Below, piece after piece: positions 9,000 to 17,621 of a DNA stretch of 64,000 nt. The stretch comes from an uncultured Sphaerobacteraceae bacterium. Lineage in GTDB: Bacteria > Chloroflexota > Chloroflexia > Thermomicrobiales > UBA6265. Each line of letters starts with the position of its first letter. Position 1 is the stretch's first letter. The DNA lies in NCBI GenBank assembly GCA_964371945.1, contig CAYJPA010000018.1:244-64243 (forward strand), given 5' to 3'. The notes under the pieces were generated by a model. It was not told the origin of the DNA. It saw nothing but the letters and a program-made list of their open reading frames with translations, and made no database searches. The translations under genes and the position numbers were made by a program.

Positions 9000-10043
9000 C
9001 TACGCTCCCGATCCTGGATAGAGGTGACAGGCGACATAGTGACCTCTGCCCTGATCGGCAAAGATCGGGTCGATCTGCTTGCAGACATCCATCACATACG
9101 GACAGCGCGTGTGGAAATGGCAACCGGACGGCGGATTGATCGGACTCGGCACGTCACCGGTCAAAATGATGCGCTCGCGCCGTTTTTCGATGATCGGATC
9201 GGGAATCGGCACCGCGGACAGAAGCGCCTTCGTGTATGGGTGAAGCGGCTCGGCATAAAGCTCATTCCGGCCGGCCATTTCGACGATCTTGCCGAGGTAC
9301 ATCACGGCGACGCGGTCGGAAATGTGCTTAACCACTGAGAGGTCGTGGGCGATGAAGAGATAGGTCAGCCCGAACTGCTCCTGGAGATCTTCGAGCAGGT
9401 TGACGATCTGCGCTTGAATCGACACGTCCAGCGCGGAAACCGGCTCGTCCGCGACGATGAAGTCCGGATTCGCCGCGAGCGCGCGGGCGATACCAATGCG
9501 CTGCCGCTGACCTCCGGAGAACTCGTGCGGGTAGCGATTGGCGAAGTAGGGATTGAGACCGACCGTTTGCAGCAGCTCCTGCACGCGCTGGTTGCGTTCA
9601 CCCTTGCTCACCAGCCCGTGGATCTGCATCGGCTCGGAGACGATGTTGCCGACCGTCATGCGCGGGTTGAGCGACGCATACGGGTCCTGGAAGATCATCT
9701 GGAGGTGACGTCGCATCCGGCGCATATCGCCGCCGTCGAGCTTCGTCAGATCCTTGCCCTTGAAGATGACCTCGCCCGATGTTGGCTTGTAGAGCTGGAG
9801 AATCGCGCGGCCGGTGGTCGACTTGCCGCAGCCGGATTCGCCCACGAGACCCAGCGTTTCGCCCTTCTTGACCTCGAACGAGATGCCGTCGACGGCTTGC
9901 ACCGCGCCGACTTTACGCTGAAAGATGATGCCCTGGGTCAGCGGGAAGTGCATGACCAGATTATTGACCTGAAGGAGCGGACCCTCGTCACCGCTCGTAC
10001 TTGGCGTTGGCCGCGTGTGTCGATCGACCGTGGTGGAAGACAT
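9000..10043 (-). CDS. Peptide/nickel ABC transporter ATP-binding protein (OppF/DppF type)
   Basis: Walker A is GESGCGKST, the ABC signature is [15 protein letters not shown] and Walker B is [12 protein letters not shown]. The C-terminal Cys-rich Opp/Dpp extension is also present ([14 protein letters not shown]...ACH). Confidence 0.9.
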   Translation of the reverse strand: MSSTTVDRHTRPTPSTSGDEGPLLQVNNLVMHFPLTQGIIFQRKVGAVQAVDGISFEVKKGETLGLVGESGCGKSTTGRAILQLYKPTSGEVIFKGKDLTKLDGGDMRRMRRHLQMIFQDPYASLNPRMTVGNIVSEPMQIHGLVSKGERNQRVQELLQTVGLNPYFANRYPHEFSGGQRQRIGIARALAANPDFIVADEPVSALDVSIQAQIVNLLEDLQEQFGLTYLFIAHDLSVVKHISDRVAVMYLGKIVEMAGRNELYAEPLHPYTKALLSAVPIPDPIIEKRRERIILTGDVPSPINPPSGCHFHTRCPYVMDVCKQIDPIFADQGRGHYVACHLYPGSGA

Positions 10044-11158
10044 TAGTTAGCCCCCCTTTCAGCCCGATTTGCAGCGTCGAGATCGGACTGCACTAGTCGA
10101 TCGGCGGTGATCGTCGCGTCAGATTCCTTACTGACTTCTTCCCAGAACCAGCACGCCGAATGATGGCCGGGCGCAACCTCGAGGAGCGGCGGGCGCTTCT
10201 GCTCGCATTTCTCACGCGCGAAATTACAGCGCGGAACGAAGGGGCACATGTCCGGAAGATCGATGAGATCCGGTGGTAAGCCCCGGATCGGTTCGAGCTT
10301 CGATTTTTCGGCGGCATCTAGGCGAGGAATCGACTTCATCAGGCCGACCGTGTATGGATGCCGCGGATTGCCGAAGATCTCCTCGGTCGAAGCTGCTTCG
10401 ACGATGTGTCCCGCGTACATGACTTGAACTCGGTCGGCCATGCCGGCGACCACGCCCATCGAGTGGGTGATCATGATCACGCCGGTATCGCGCTCGCTTT
10501 GGAGCGTGCGCATGAGATCGAGGATTTGGGCCTGAATCGTTACGTCGAGCGCGGTGGTCGGCTCGTCCGCAATGATCAGCTTGGGATTACAAGAAAGCGC
10601 CATCGCGATCATCACGCGCTGGCGCATACCGCCTGAAAATTGGTGCGGGTATTGGTCGATGCGCTCATCCGCGTTCGGGATGCCGACCATCTGCAGCAGT
10701 TCAATCGAGCGCGTGCGCGCCTGATCTTTGCTCATGCCGAGGTGGAGTTGGAGCGCCTCGCTGATCTGGCGGTTGATCGTGAGCACCGGGTTCAACGAGG
10801 TCATCGGGTCCTGGAAGATCATCGCGATCTCGTGACCGCGGATTTGGCGCACCTCATTGTCGGACATCTGGAGCACATCTTGGCCGTTGAAGAGAATCTC
10901 GCCCGAGACGATCTTGCCGGGAGGGCTGGGGATCAATCGCATGATCGAGAGTCCGGTCATGCTCTTGCCGCAGCCTGATTCACCCACGACGCCTAGCGTC
11001 TCGCCCGGCATGACATAGAAAGAAACGTCGTCGACCGCGCGCACGACACCATCCTGAGTGAAGAACTGCGTGCTGAGGTTCTTGACTTCAAGGAGAGGAC
11101 GGCCGCTTAATTTGCCGGCCGTGGCGCCTTGGGTCGTGGTCTGAGCGCTTACCGCCAT
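10043..11158 (-). CDS. Peptide/nickel ABC transporter ATP-binding protein (OppD/DppD type)
   Basis: [25 protein letters not shown] and [12 protein letters not shown] are present, with the C-terminal [14 protein letters not shown]...ACW. Its stop overlaps the downstream start (TAATG). Confidence 0.9.
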   Translation of the reverse strand: MAVSAQTTTQGATAGKLSGRPLLEVKNLSTQFFTQDGVVRAVDDVSFYVMPGETLGVVGESGCGKSMTGLSIMRLIPSPPGKIVSGEILFNGQDVLQMSDNEVRQIRGHEIAMIFQDPMTSLNPVLTINRQISEALQLHLGMSKDQARTRSIELLQMVGIPNADERIDQYPHQFSGGMRQRVMIAMALSCNPKLIIADEPTTALDVTIQAQILDLMRTLQSERDTGVIMITHSMGVVAGMADRVQVMYAGHIVEAASTEEIFGNPRHPYTVGLMKSIPRLDAAEKSKLEPIRGLPPDLIDLPDMCPFVPRCNFAREKCEQKRPPLLEVAPGHHSACWFWEEVSKESDATITADRLVQSDLDAANRAERGAN

Positions 11159-11514
11159 GCGTGCTCCCTTTAGGTGATCAACACCCCGGACGGTGGAACG
11201 AAACCACCGGGCTCGAAATAGAACATCCTTGAAAAATGCGGCGCCTCGTTCGCATTCCGTCCTAATGGATTCGTCCAGACACGGCGCTCACCCTTGAGTG
11301 ATGGATCTGAACCGCGTTCTGGCTATCCTTCTTCGCACTTGGCTGACATCGCCCGCAGGATAGCATACCCAAAAAAAGAGCAACAACGGGGTGTTGGTGC
11401 AAAGCGCACATCAATTCGGTGCAGGCGTTGTGAATAGGTATCGCCCGAGTCGTTCACCGGATACACTGTTTTGGCAGGCAGCGATCGAGTTGAAGCGCGT
11501 TCGAATGGAACGGA

Positions 11515-12612
11515 ATGACGTTGGACCAGAGCGATCAGCGTAAGTTTTGGGTGGGCTTCAGTAAAACCAACTACATCGGCCCGACTCGTTTGCGGCTGCT
11601 GATCGAGCGGTTCGGAGACGTAGAACAGGCCTGGAACGCCCCGACGTCCGCGCTTCGAACCGTGCTCGATGAGCGAACGACCGAAAGTCTGGTGAAGACA
11701 CGCGGACGCCTGTCACTCGACGCCGAGATGGAACGGATCGATCGCGGCGGCATCCAGGTAATCACGATCGCCGATCCCATTTATCCGCGGTTACTGAAGC
11801 TGATCCCCGCACCGCCTCCGGTGTTCTACCTCCGGGGAACGCTGCTCCCCGAGGACGACCTCGCGATCGCGATGGTCGGAACTCGCCGTTCGACCAGCTA
11901 CGGCCGCGAGGTGACATCGCGAATTGCGACCGGGTTGGCGGAAGCGGGCGTGACGGTTGTTTCCGGGTTGGCGCGCGGAATCGACGGCGCCGCGCATCAT
12001 GCGGCGTTGAAAGCGGGAGGCCGCACATTCGCGGTGCTCGGCAGCGGGGTCGACATCATTTATCCGTCGGAGCACGAAGGACTCGCGAGGCAGATCATCG
12101 AGAACGGCGCACTGATCTCCGATTACGCACCCGGCCGCAAACCGGACGCGCCGAACTTTCCCGCCCGGAACCGGATCATCTCAGGGTTGAGTTTGGGTGT
12201 TGTCGTGATTGAAGCGCCGGCGCGCTCCGGCGCGTTGATTACGGTCGATTTCGCGGCCGATCAGGGTCGGGAGGTCTTCGTGGTGCCCGGCAGCGTGCTC
12301 TCGGACAACAGCGCGGGTTGCCTGCGGTTGCTCCGTGACGGCGCACGAGTTGTGGCGAGCGCGGACGACATCCTCGAAGACCTTCATATTGGGGAGCGTC
12401 GCGAGCATGCGGCCGTCCAACAGGCTCTGCCACTCACTGACTCCGAACGCCGGCTCATGAACCACATCAGCGGCGACCCGCAGCACATCGACGAGATCAT
12501 CGCCGCGGCCAACATCGCCGTCTCCGAGGGCCTGGCGCTGATCTCGATGCTCGAGTTGAAGGGGATCGTGCGGGATGCGGGGTCGCGGCACTATGTGCGT
12601 GCAGGTAAGTGA
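11515..12612 (+). CDS. dprA: DNA-processing protein DprA
   Basis: GLARGIDGAAHHAAL, AVLGSGVDIIYPSEH, NFPARNRIISGLS and VVIEAPARSGALITVDFAADQGREVFVVPG are all present. Confidence 0.9.
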   Translation: MTLDQSDQRKFWVGFSKTNYIGPTRLRLLIERFGDVEQAWNAPTSALRTVLDERTTESLVKTRGRLSLDAEMERIDRGGIQVITIADPIYPRLLKLIPAPPPVFYLRGTLLPEDDLAIAMVGTRRSTSYGREVTSRIATGLAEAGVTVVSGLARGIDGAAHHAALKAGGRTFAVLGSGVDIIYPSEHEGLARQIIENGALISDYAPGRKPDAPNFPARNRIISGLSLGVVVIEAPARSGALITVDFAADQGREVFVVPGSVLSDNSAGCLRLLRDGARVVASADDILEDLHIGERREHAAVQQALPLTDSERRLMNHISGDPQHIDEIIAAANIAVSEGLALISMLELKGIVRDAGSRHYVRAGK

Positions 12613-12741
12613 CTCCTTGAATGTAAAGAGCTTATGCGCCAGCGTTACCGCCAATATCGGTTGGATGTTTCCAAGAAGTAAAGCGGCTGCTACAATTGTT
12701 TACCAGGAAGTAGGCATTTGAAGGTGAAAGGATGATTCGGG

Positions 12742-13017
12742 ATGGCGATTGTCCAGGCAAAGTTGAGCAGTAAGAACCAAGTGACAATCCCAGCGAGCGT
12801 TCGTAAGACGCTGGGTGTGGGAGCGTTTGATCGCGTGAACTTTGTGACCGAAGGAGGCAAGGTGTCGGTCGAACCTGTGAAGCTCACACTTGCCGATATA
12901 CGCCAGGCGATTCCCGCGCTGAGACGAAATGGAGTTCCGGTTGAGGAGCCCTCATTGGAAGAGCTGATGGATATGGACGGTGAAGCAGAACGGATCAACG
13001 CCCTTGGAGATGCGTGA
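12742..13017 (+). CDS. vapB: AbrB/SpoVT-type antitoxin (VapB-like)
   Basis: MAIVQAKLSSKNQVTIPASVRKTLGV is a swapped-hairpin AbrB-fold N-terminus. The stop overlaps the toxin start (GTGATG). Confidence 0.8.
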   Translation: MAIVQAKLSSKNQVTIPASVRKTLGVGAFDRVNFVTEGGKVSVEPVKLTLADIRQAIPALRRNGVPVEEPSLEELMDMDGEAERINALGDA

Positions 13018-13460
13018 TGCTATTCCTGGACGCAAACTATTTTTTGAGGTTCCTTACGGATAGCGACCTTCCGAAAACCATTGAGATGACAAATACTGCA
13101 AATCAGCTCTTTGCTGCAATTGAAGCGGGCGACGTGCAAGTGACGACTAATGAGGTAGTCATACACGAGGTCGCATACACGTTGACCTCAAAGAACAGCT
13201 ACGGTGTTTCGCCTGAGGTTGTCGCAGAGCGCCTGGCGGTCATCCTCCGACTTGCAGGATTCCGATTTCCTGCTGGTACAAAGCAGCGGTGCCTGCGTGC
13301 GCTGGAAGTATGGTCATCGTTTCCAACGATCGGATTTGCAGATGCATTGATGGTGGCAACTGTCGAGAACTCAGAGATCAAGTTAGCCACGTTTGATTCT
13401 CACTTCAGGAGCATTCCCAATATTGCACTCTGGGATCCTGAAACTCTTTCTACGTCTTAA
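13017..13460 (+). CDS. vapC: PIN-domain ribonuclease toxin (VapC)
   Basis: The acidic quartet is readable: LFLDAN (D), TNEVVIHEV (E), GFADAL (D) and TFDSHF (D). The start is the ATG at 13017 or the GTG at 13014. The gene is noticeably more AT-rich than its flanks. Confidence 0.85.
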   Translation: MLFLDANYFLRFLTDSDLPKTIEMTNTANQLFAAIEAGDVQVTTNEVVIHEVAYTLTSKNSYGVSPEVVAERLAVILRLAGFRFPAGTKQRCLRALEVWSSFPTIGFADALMVATVENSEIKLATFDSHFRSIPNIALWDPETLSTS

Positions 13461-13474
13461 CCTTTTGGATTTGG

Positions 13475-13959
13475 TTATCCGGCCGTGAACTTGATCCACG
13501 AGTTGGCGGTGCCGGAGGCGCTGGCCGAGGGAAGTGGGCCGTCGCCGACAGGAGCGACCTCGACGATGACCGGCAGCGAGCCGTCACGGGCCGGCCGTAG
13601 ACGGCGATTTTCATCTGGACATTTAAGTCGGTACCGACCAATGCCTTTGAGGTTCTGAACTCGACATCGTAGCCCTCGTCGAAGTCGGCCGCGATATCGA
13701 TCAGCTTGCCACTGACACGGGGAGGAAGTGTCACGGTCAATCGAATCTAGTCCGTGGCCGACTTCAACATTTCGGGTGGACTGGAAATGTAAACATGCAC
13801 CTTCTGCCCGGTGATCCGCGGAACCGGATCGGCCCGGCACCAACTCCGAGCCGCCTCTGTTGAGTCGGAAGTGCGAAAACCGACGGTTGCGGCGAGAAAA
13901 CCCCCGCCAAGAAGGCGAGGCGCGTGCCGGCGGGAGATTCCAGGCGGTGTGGTCGACAT
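13475..13959 (-). pseudogene. Decayed gene for a small Tat-exported protein (in-frame TAG plus a frameshift)
   Basis: One frame reads MSTTPPGISRRHAPRLLGGGFLAATVGF... (Tat signal) ...ITGQKVHVYISSPPEMLKSATD, then a TAG at 13747-13749. The same frame continues IRLTVTLPPRVSGKLIDIAADFDEGYDVEFRTSKALVGTDLNVQMKIAVYGRP. The plausible C-terminus (DGSLPVIVEVAPVGDGPLPSASASGTANSWIKFTAG, stop) is in another frame from about 13595. Confidence 0.4.
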
Positions 13960-14391
13960 TCGAGTCTGTCCGTGTTCGAGCATATCGGGTTTCAAAGGTG
14001 AGAAGATCGTAGGGGAGGTCAGACAAGAGGGGCATGACCGAAGGGTCAGGACCATGACTCAGGACGGGAGCACCGGCATAGGAAATTCGGGCGGTCCGGC
14101 ACTCTTCAGCTGTGGCAAGCCGCGATCTGGAGTGGCTATGTCTCAATACTGAGCTCGGCGCGGATTTGACCCGCGGCCATATCATTCGTTCTTGACGCAA
14201 ATCTGGAGAAGGCGACATAACGTATACCAGTCGATGCGTTCGATAAATGGCATTGATTGGAAATGAGCGTACGTTCGCAACATACTTGAATCCGCTATTG
14301 GAGATTTGGCCAGGACCAGGAACGAAGTGAATTGATAAGCGCCACTTCGAATCAACTCGACAAACTGGTCCCTCGATTGCTCGTTTGCGGC

Positions 14392-14420
14392 TTGACACGC
14401 TTCCGTACCCTGGCTAGTGT
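14392..14420 (+). promoter_or_regulatory. Candidate sigma-70-type promoter upstream of topA
   Basis: TTGACA (14392-14397), a 17-nt spacer, then TAGTGT (14415-14420). It is about 105 nt upstream of the topA ATG. An 8-bp hairpin, CCCTGGCT/AGCCAGGG (14408-14431), overlaps the -10. Confidence 0.3.
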
Positions 14421-14525
14421 TGAAGCCAGGGACTGATTCCCCTGTTCGATCATTTCAACGATCATTCCGTCGCACGTGATCTCCACCGCGAGTGGAATCA
14501 CTTTTTTCTTATATACAGGTAACCC

Positions 14526-16760
14526 ATGTCCACAACAGAGCTCGAAACGAAACCCAAAGCGGCCGCGGCCAAGAAGAAACCCGCGGCCAAGACCACCAAA
14601 TCAGGAACCCCACGCGCGGGCAGCGGCCGTTTGGTGATCGTGGAATCGCCCGCTAAAGCGAAGACGATCAGCAAATACCTTGGTCGCGGCTATACCGTCA
14701 AAGCGTCGATGGGTCACATCCGGGATTTGCCGAAGAGCACGCTCGGCGTTGATGTCACCGACGACTTCACGCCGAAGTACCTCGTGCCGCGCGATAAAGT
14801 CAAAACGGTCAAGGATCTCAAAGAGAGTGTCAATGCCGCTCGCGAAGTGATCCTCGCCACCGACCCTGACCGCGAAGGTGAAGCGATCGCCTGGCATTTG
14901 ATTGCCGCGACCGATGCGAACACGAAGCCGGTCAGCCGGGTCGTCTTCCACGAGATCACGCCTGACGCGATCAACCAGGCAATGCTCCATCCACGTCCGA
15001 TCGACATGGATCTAGTCGACGCCCAGCAGGCACGGCGGATTCTCGATCGCCTGGTTGGATACACCGTCAGCCCGCTTCTTTGGAAGAAGGTGAAGCGCGG
15101 CCTTTCGGCCGGCCGGGTGCAAACCGCGGCGCTCCGGATCGTAGTCGAGCGCGAACGGTTGATCGAAGCGTTCGATGCCGTCGAGTACTGGTCGCTCGAG
15201 GCCGAGCTCGCCAAGATCACGGGTCAGGAACTGAAGAAGTCGGACACCTTCACGTCGTCTCTCTTCCGGATCGACGGCAAGAAGGCCGAGTTGAAGACGG
15301 GCGCAGAGACCCGCGCCGTGGTTGAGCGGCTCAAAGACGCCGGTTACCAGGTCGTGAACGTCGCCAAACGCGAGAGTCAGCGACGGCCCTCCGCGCCGTT
15401 CATCACCAGCACGCTCCAGCAAGAAGCGTCTCGGAAACTGAACTTCCCGGTGCGGCGCACGATGCAGATCGCGCAGGAGCTCTACGAGGGCATCGATCTT
15501 GGTCCCGAGGGCACGCAGGGCCTCATTACTTACATGCGAACCGACTCGACCAATGTTGCGGCCAGCGCTCAAGAAGCCGCGCTCGCGACAATCGTGTCGA
15601 AATTCGGCCCAGCATTCGTTCCGGACAAACCGCCTGTTTACACCCGCAAGTCAAAGGGGGCACAGGAGGCGCACGAAGCGATCCGTCCGACTGCTCCAGG
15701 TCGCGACCCAGCCAGCATCAAGGGCTTCTTGTCGGCGCAGCAGTTCCGACTCTACCAGCTCATCTGGCAGCGATTCCTCGCGAGTCAGATGGCGCCGGCG
15801 CAGCTCGATGGCACGACCGTCGATATCGGCGCCGGCGACGAAAAGGACCTGGCGGCAGGAAAAGATGCGCCGATTATCTTCCGGGCGACCGGCTCAGTGA
15901 TTCGCTTCCAGGGCTTCATGGCGGTTTATACCGCCGGCCGCGACGACGGTGATTCCGACGAACTGGACGCCGGAGCACTGCCGCTTCTGGTGCAAGACGA
16001 GGCGCTGGATCTCCTCCAGCTTGTGCCTGCTCAGCACTTCACGCAACCGCCTCCTCGTTACACGGAAGCGACGTTGGTGAAGGCATTGGAAGAGCAGGGG
16101 ATTGGGCGACCGAGCACCTATGCGCCGACGATTGCCACGCTCCAGGCACGCTCCTACGTCACTACCGAAGAGAAGAAGCTGGTTCCGACGGAGCTCGGAA
16201 CCGTGGTGAACGACCTGTTGGTCGAGCATTTCCCAAGGGTGTTCGATATCGGTTTCACGTCCAAGCTGGAGGATGAGCTCGACGAAATCGCGTCCGGTGA
16301 CCGGGCCTGGGTGCCGACCCTTCGAGCGTTCTATGGTCCGTTCACCGAAACGCTGGCAAAGGCCGAAAAGAGCATCGAGCGCGTCAAGCTCAAGGACGAG
16401 CCCTCGGGCGAACTGTGCGAAAAGTGCGGACGGCCGATGGTGATCAAGCTCGGACGCTTTGGTAAGTTCATTGCCTGCAGCGGATTCCCGGAATGCCGGA
16501 ACTCGCAGCCCTTCCTCGAAAAGATCGGTGTGCCGTGCCCACAATGCCGCGAGGGCGAGATCTGTGAACGGCGGAGCAAGAAGGGTCGCACCTTTTACGG
16601 CTGCAGCCGCTATCCGGAATGCGATTTTTCGGCGTGGAACAAGCCGGTCAACATTAATTGCGCCAAGTGCGGTTCCTACATGGTCGAAGCCGGCCGTAAG
16701 GGCCAAATCAAGTGCCCGAAATGCGGCAACGACAACAGCGCGGCCAACGCTGCCGACTAG
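14526..16760 (+). CDS. topA: DNA topoisomerase I (type IA) with C-terminal zinc ribbons
   Basis: The TOPRIM N-terminus is LVIVESPAKAKTISKYLG, followed by DPDREGEAIAWH. The active-site region is LITYMRTDS. The C-terminus carries several CxxC...CxxC fingers. Confidence 0.95.
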   Translation: MSTTELETKPKAAAAKKKPAAKTTKSGTPRAGSGRLVIVESPAKAKTISKYLGRGYTVKASMGHIRDLPKSTLGVDVTDDFTPKYLVPRDKVKTVKDLKESVNAAREVILATDPDREGEAIAWHLIAATDANTKPVSRVVFHEITPDAINQAMLHPRPIDMDLVDAQQARRILDRLVGYTVSPLLWKKVKRGLSAGRVQTAALRIVVERERLIEAFDAVEYWSLEAELAKITGQELKKSDTFTSSLFRIDGKKAELKTGAETRAVVERLKDAGYQVVNVAKRESQRRPSAPFITSTLQQEASRKLNFPVRRTMQIAQELYEGIDLGPEGTQGLITYMRTDSTNVAASAQEAALATIVSKFGPAFVPDKPPVYTRKSKGAQEAHEAIRPTAPGRDPASIKGFLSAQQFRLYQLIWQRFLASQMAPAQLDGTTVDIGAGDEKDLAAGKDAPIIFRATGSVIRFQGFMAVYTAGRDDGDSDELDAGALPLLVQDEALDLLQLVPAQHFTQPPPRYTEATLVKALEEQGIGRPSTYAPTIATLQARSYVTTEEKKLVPTELGTVVNDLLVEHFPRVFDIGFTSKLEDELDEIASGDRAWVPTLRAFYGPFTETLAKAEKSIERVKLKDEPSGELCEKCGRPMVIKLGRFGKFIACSGFPECRNSQPFLEKIGVPCPQCREGEICERRSKKGRTFYGCSRYPECDFSAWNKPVNINCAKCGSYMVEAGRKGQIKCPKCGNDNSAANAAD

Positions 16761-16826
16761 GAAATCGTTTCCGTCGCGACTTGAGTAGACTTAGGCAAAC
16801 GGCGGGCGACCAACGGGCGCCTGCCC

Positions 16827-17621
16827 GTGTCGCGCACTTCGGCGAATCCCGAGTCGCGGCGTTCAGTGGACCCACCTGTGAGCTCCCAGCGCTACGAAAT
16901 AGGACCGGGTCGCGCTAAGGCGACGACGATCCTCGGCGTTCGCCGTGACGGCGTCGTCGCCCTCGCCGGCGACGGCCAGGTTACGCTCGGCGAGGTTGTT
17001 CTGAAACACGGCGCACGCAAGATCAGAATCCTGCGCGAAGGTCAAGTGCTAGCCGGTTTCGCGGGAGCCGTGGCCGACGCGCTGACGCTGTTCGAGAAGT
17101 TCGAAGCCCAGCTCAAAGCATGGGACGGCAACTTGCGCCGTGCTTCCGTCGAGCTCGCCAAAGAGTGGCGGACGGATCGTTATCTACGGCGGCTTGAAGC
17201 GCAATTGATCGTGGCGGACGTCGATTCGATTCTGGTGCTATCCGGTGAAGGGGATGTGATCGAACCTGACGACGGAATCGCCGCGATCGGCTCCGGCGCG
17301 CCGTACGCGACTGCCGCCGCAAAGGCATTGCTGACCTATAGCGAAATGGATGCCCGCGAAATCGTGGAAGCCGCGATGCGGATCGCGGCGAACCTTTGCA
17401 TCTATACGAACGACCACATCACGATCGAGAGCTTTCGGCGGGAATCGGACGGTGAGGTCATCGGCAAAGCAGAGACGATCGAGGGAACGCAACTTCTGAC
17501 TCCACCGCCGGCAGCCAATTCCCTAGTGGACAACGACACAGAAGATGACGACGAGGATGAAGACGAGCTCGAACAGAACGCCTCGGACGTGAATGACGAC
17601 GCGGAAGAGGAGCGGAACTAA
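16827..17621 (+). CDS. hslV: ATP-dependent protease subunit HslV (with N-terminal extension and acidic C-terminal tail)
   Basis: [23 protein letters not shown] ... [10 protein letters not shown] ... [14 protein letters not shown] is the HslV core. There is no start codon directly before the catalytic Thr. Candidate starts are the GTGs at 16827, 16866 and 16878. The last 58 aa or so are highly acidic. Confidence 0.85.
   Translation: MSRTSANPESRRSVDPPVSSQRYEIGPGRAKATTILGVRRDGVVALAGDGQVTLGEVVLKHGARKIRILREGQVLAGFAGAVADALTLFEKFEAQLKAWDGNLRRASVELAKEWRTDRYLRRLEAQLIVADVDSILVLSGEGDVIEPDDGIAAIGSGAPYATAAAKALLTYSEMDAREIVEAAMRIAANLCIYTNDHITIESFRRESDGEVIGKAETIEGTQLLTPPPAANSLVDNDTEDDDEDEDELEQNASDVNDDAEEERN

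Noticed and set aside
764-13749. In-frame TGA (857-859) or TAG (13747-13749) as selenocysteine or pyrrolysine recoding
   Set aside because: No SECIS-like hairpin lies immediately downstream of the TGA. No sel or pyl genes are in view. The TAG-containing gene also carries a frameshift, so decay is the simpler explanation.
13475-14398. 307-aa minus-strand ORF taken as a single gene
   Set aside because: Only its last 35 codons or so look protein-like. The rest is Arg/Ser-rich and is better explained as a mix of a frameshifted pseudogene C-terminus and antisense or non-coding sequence.
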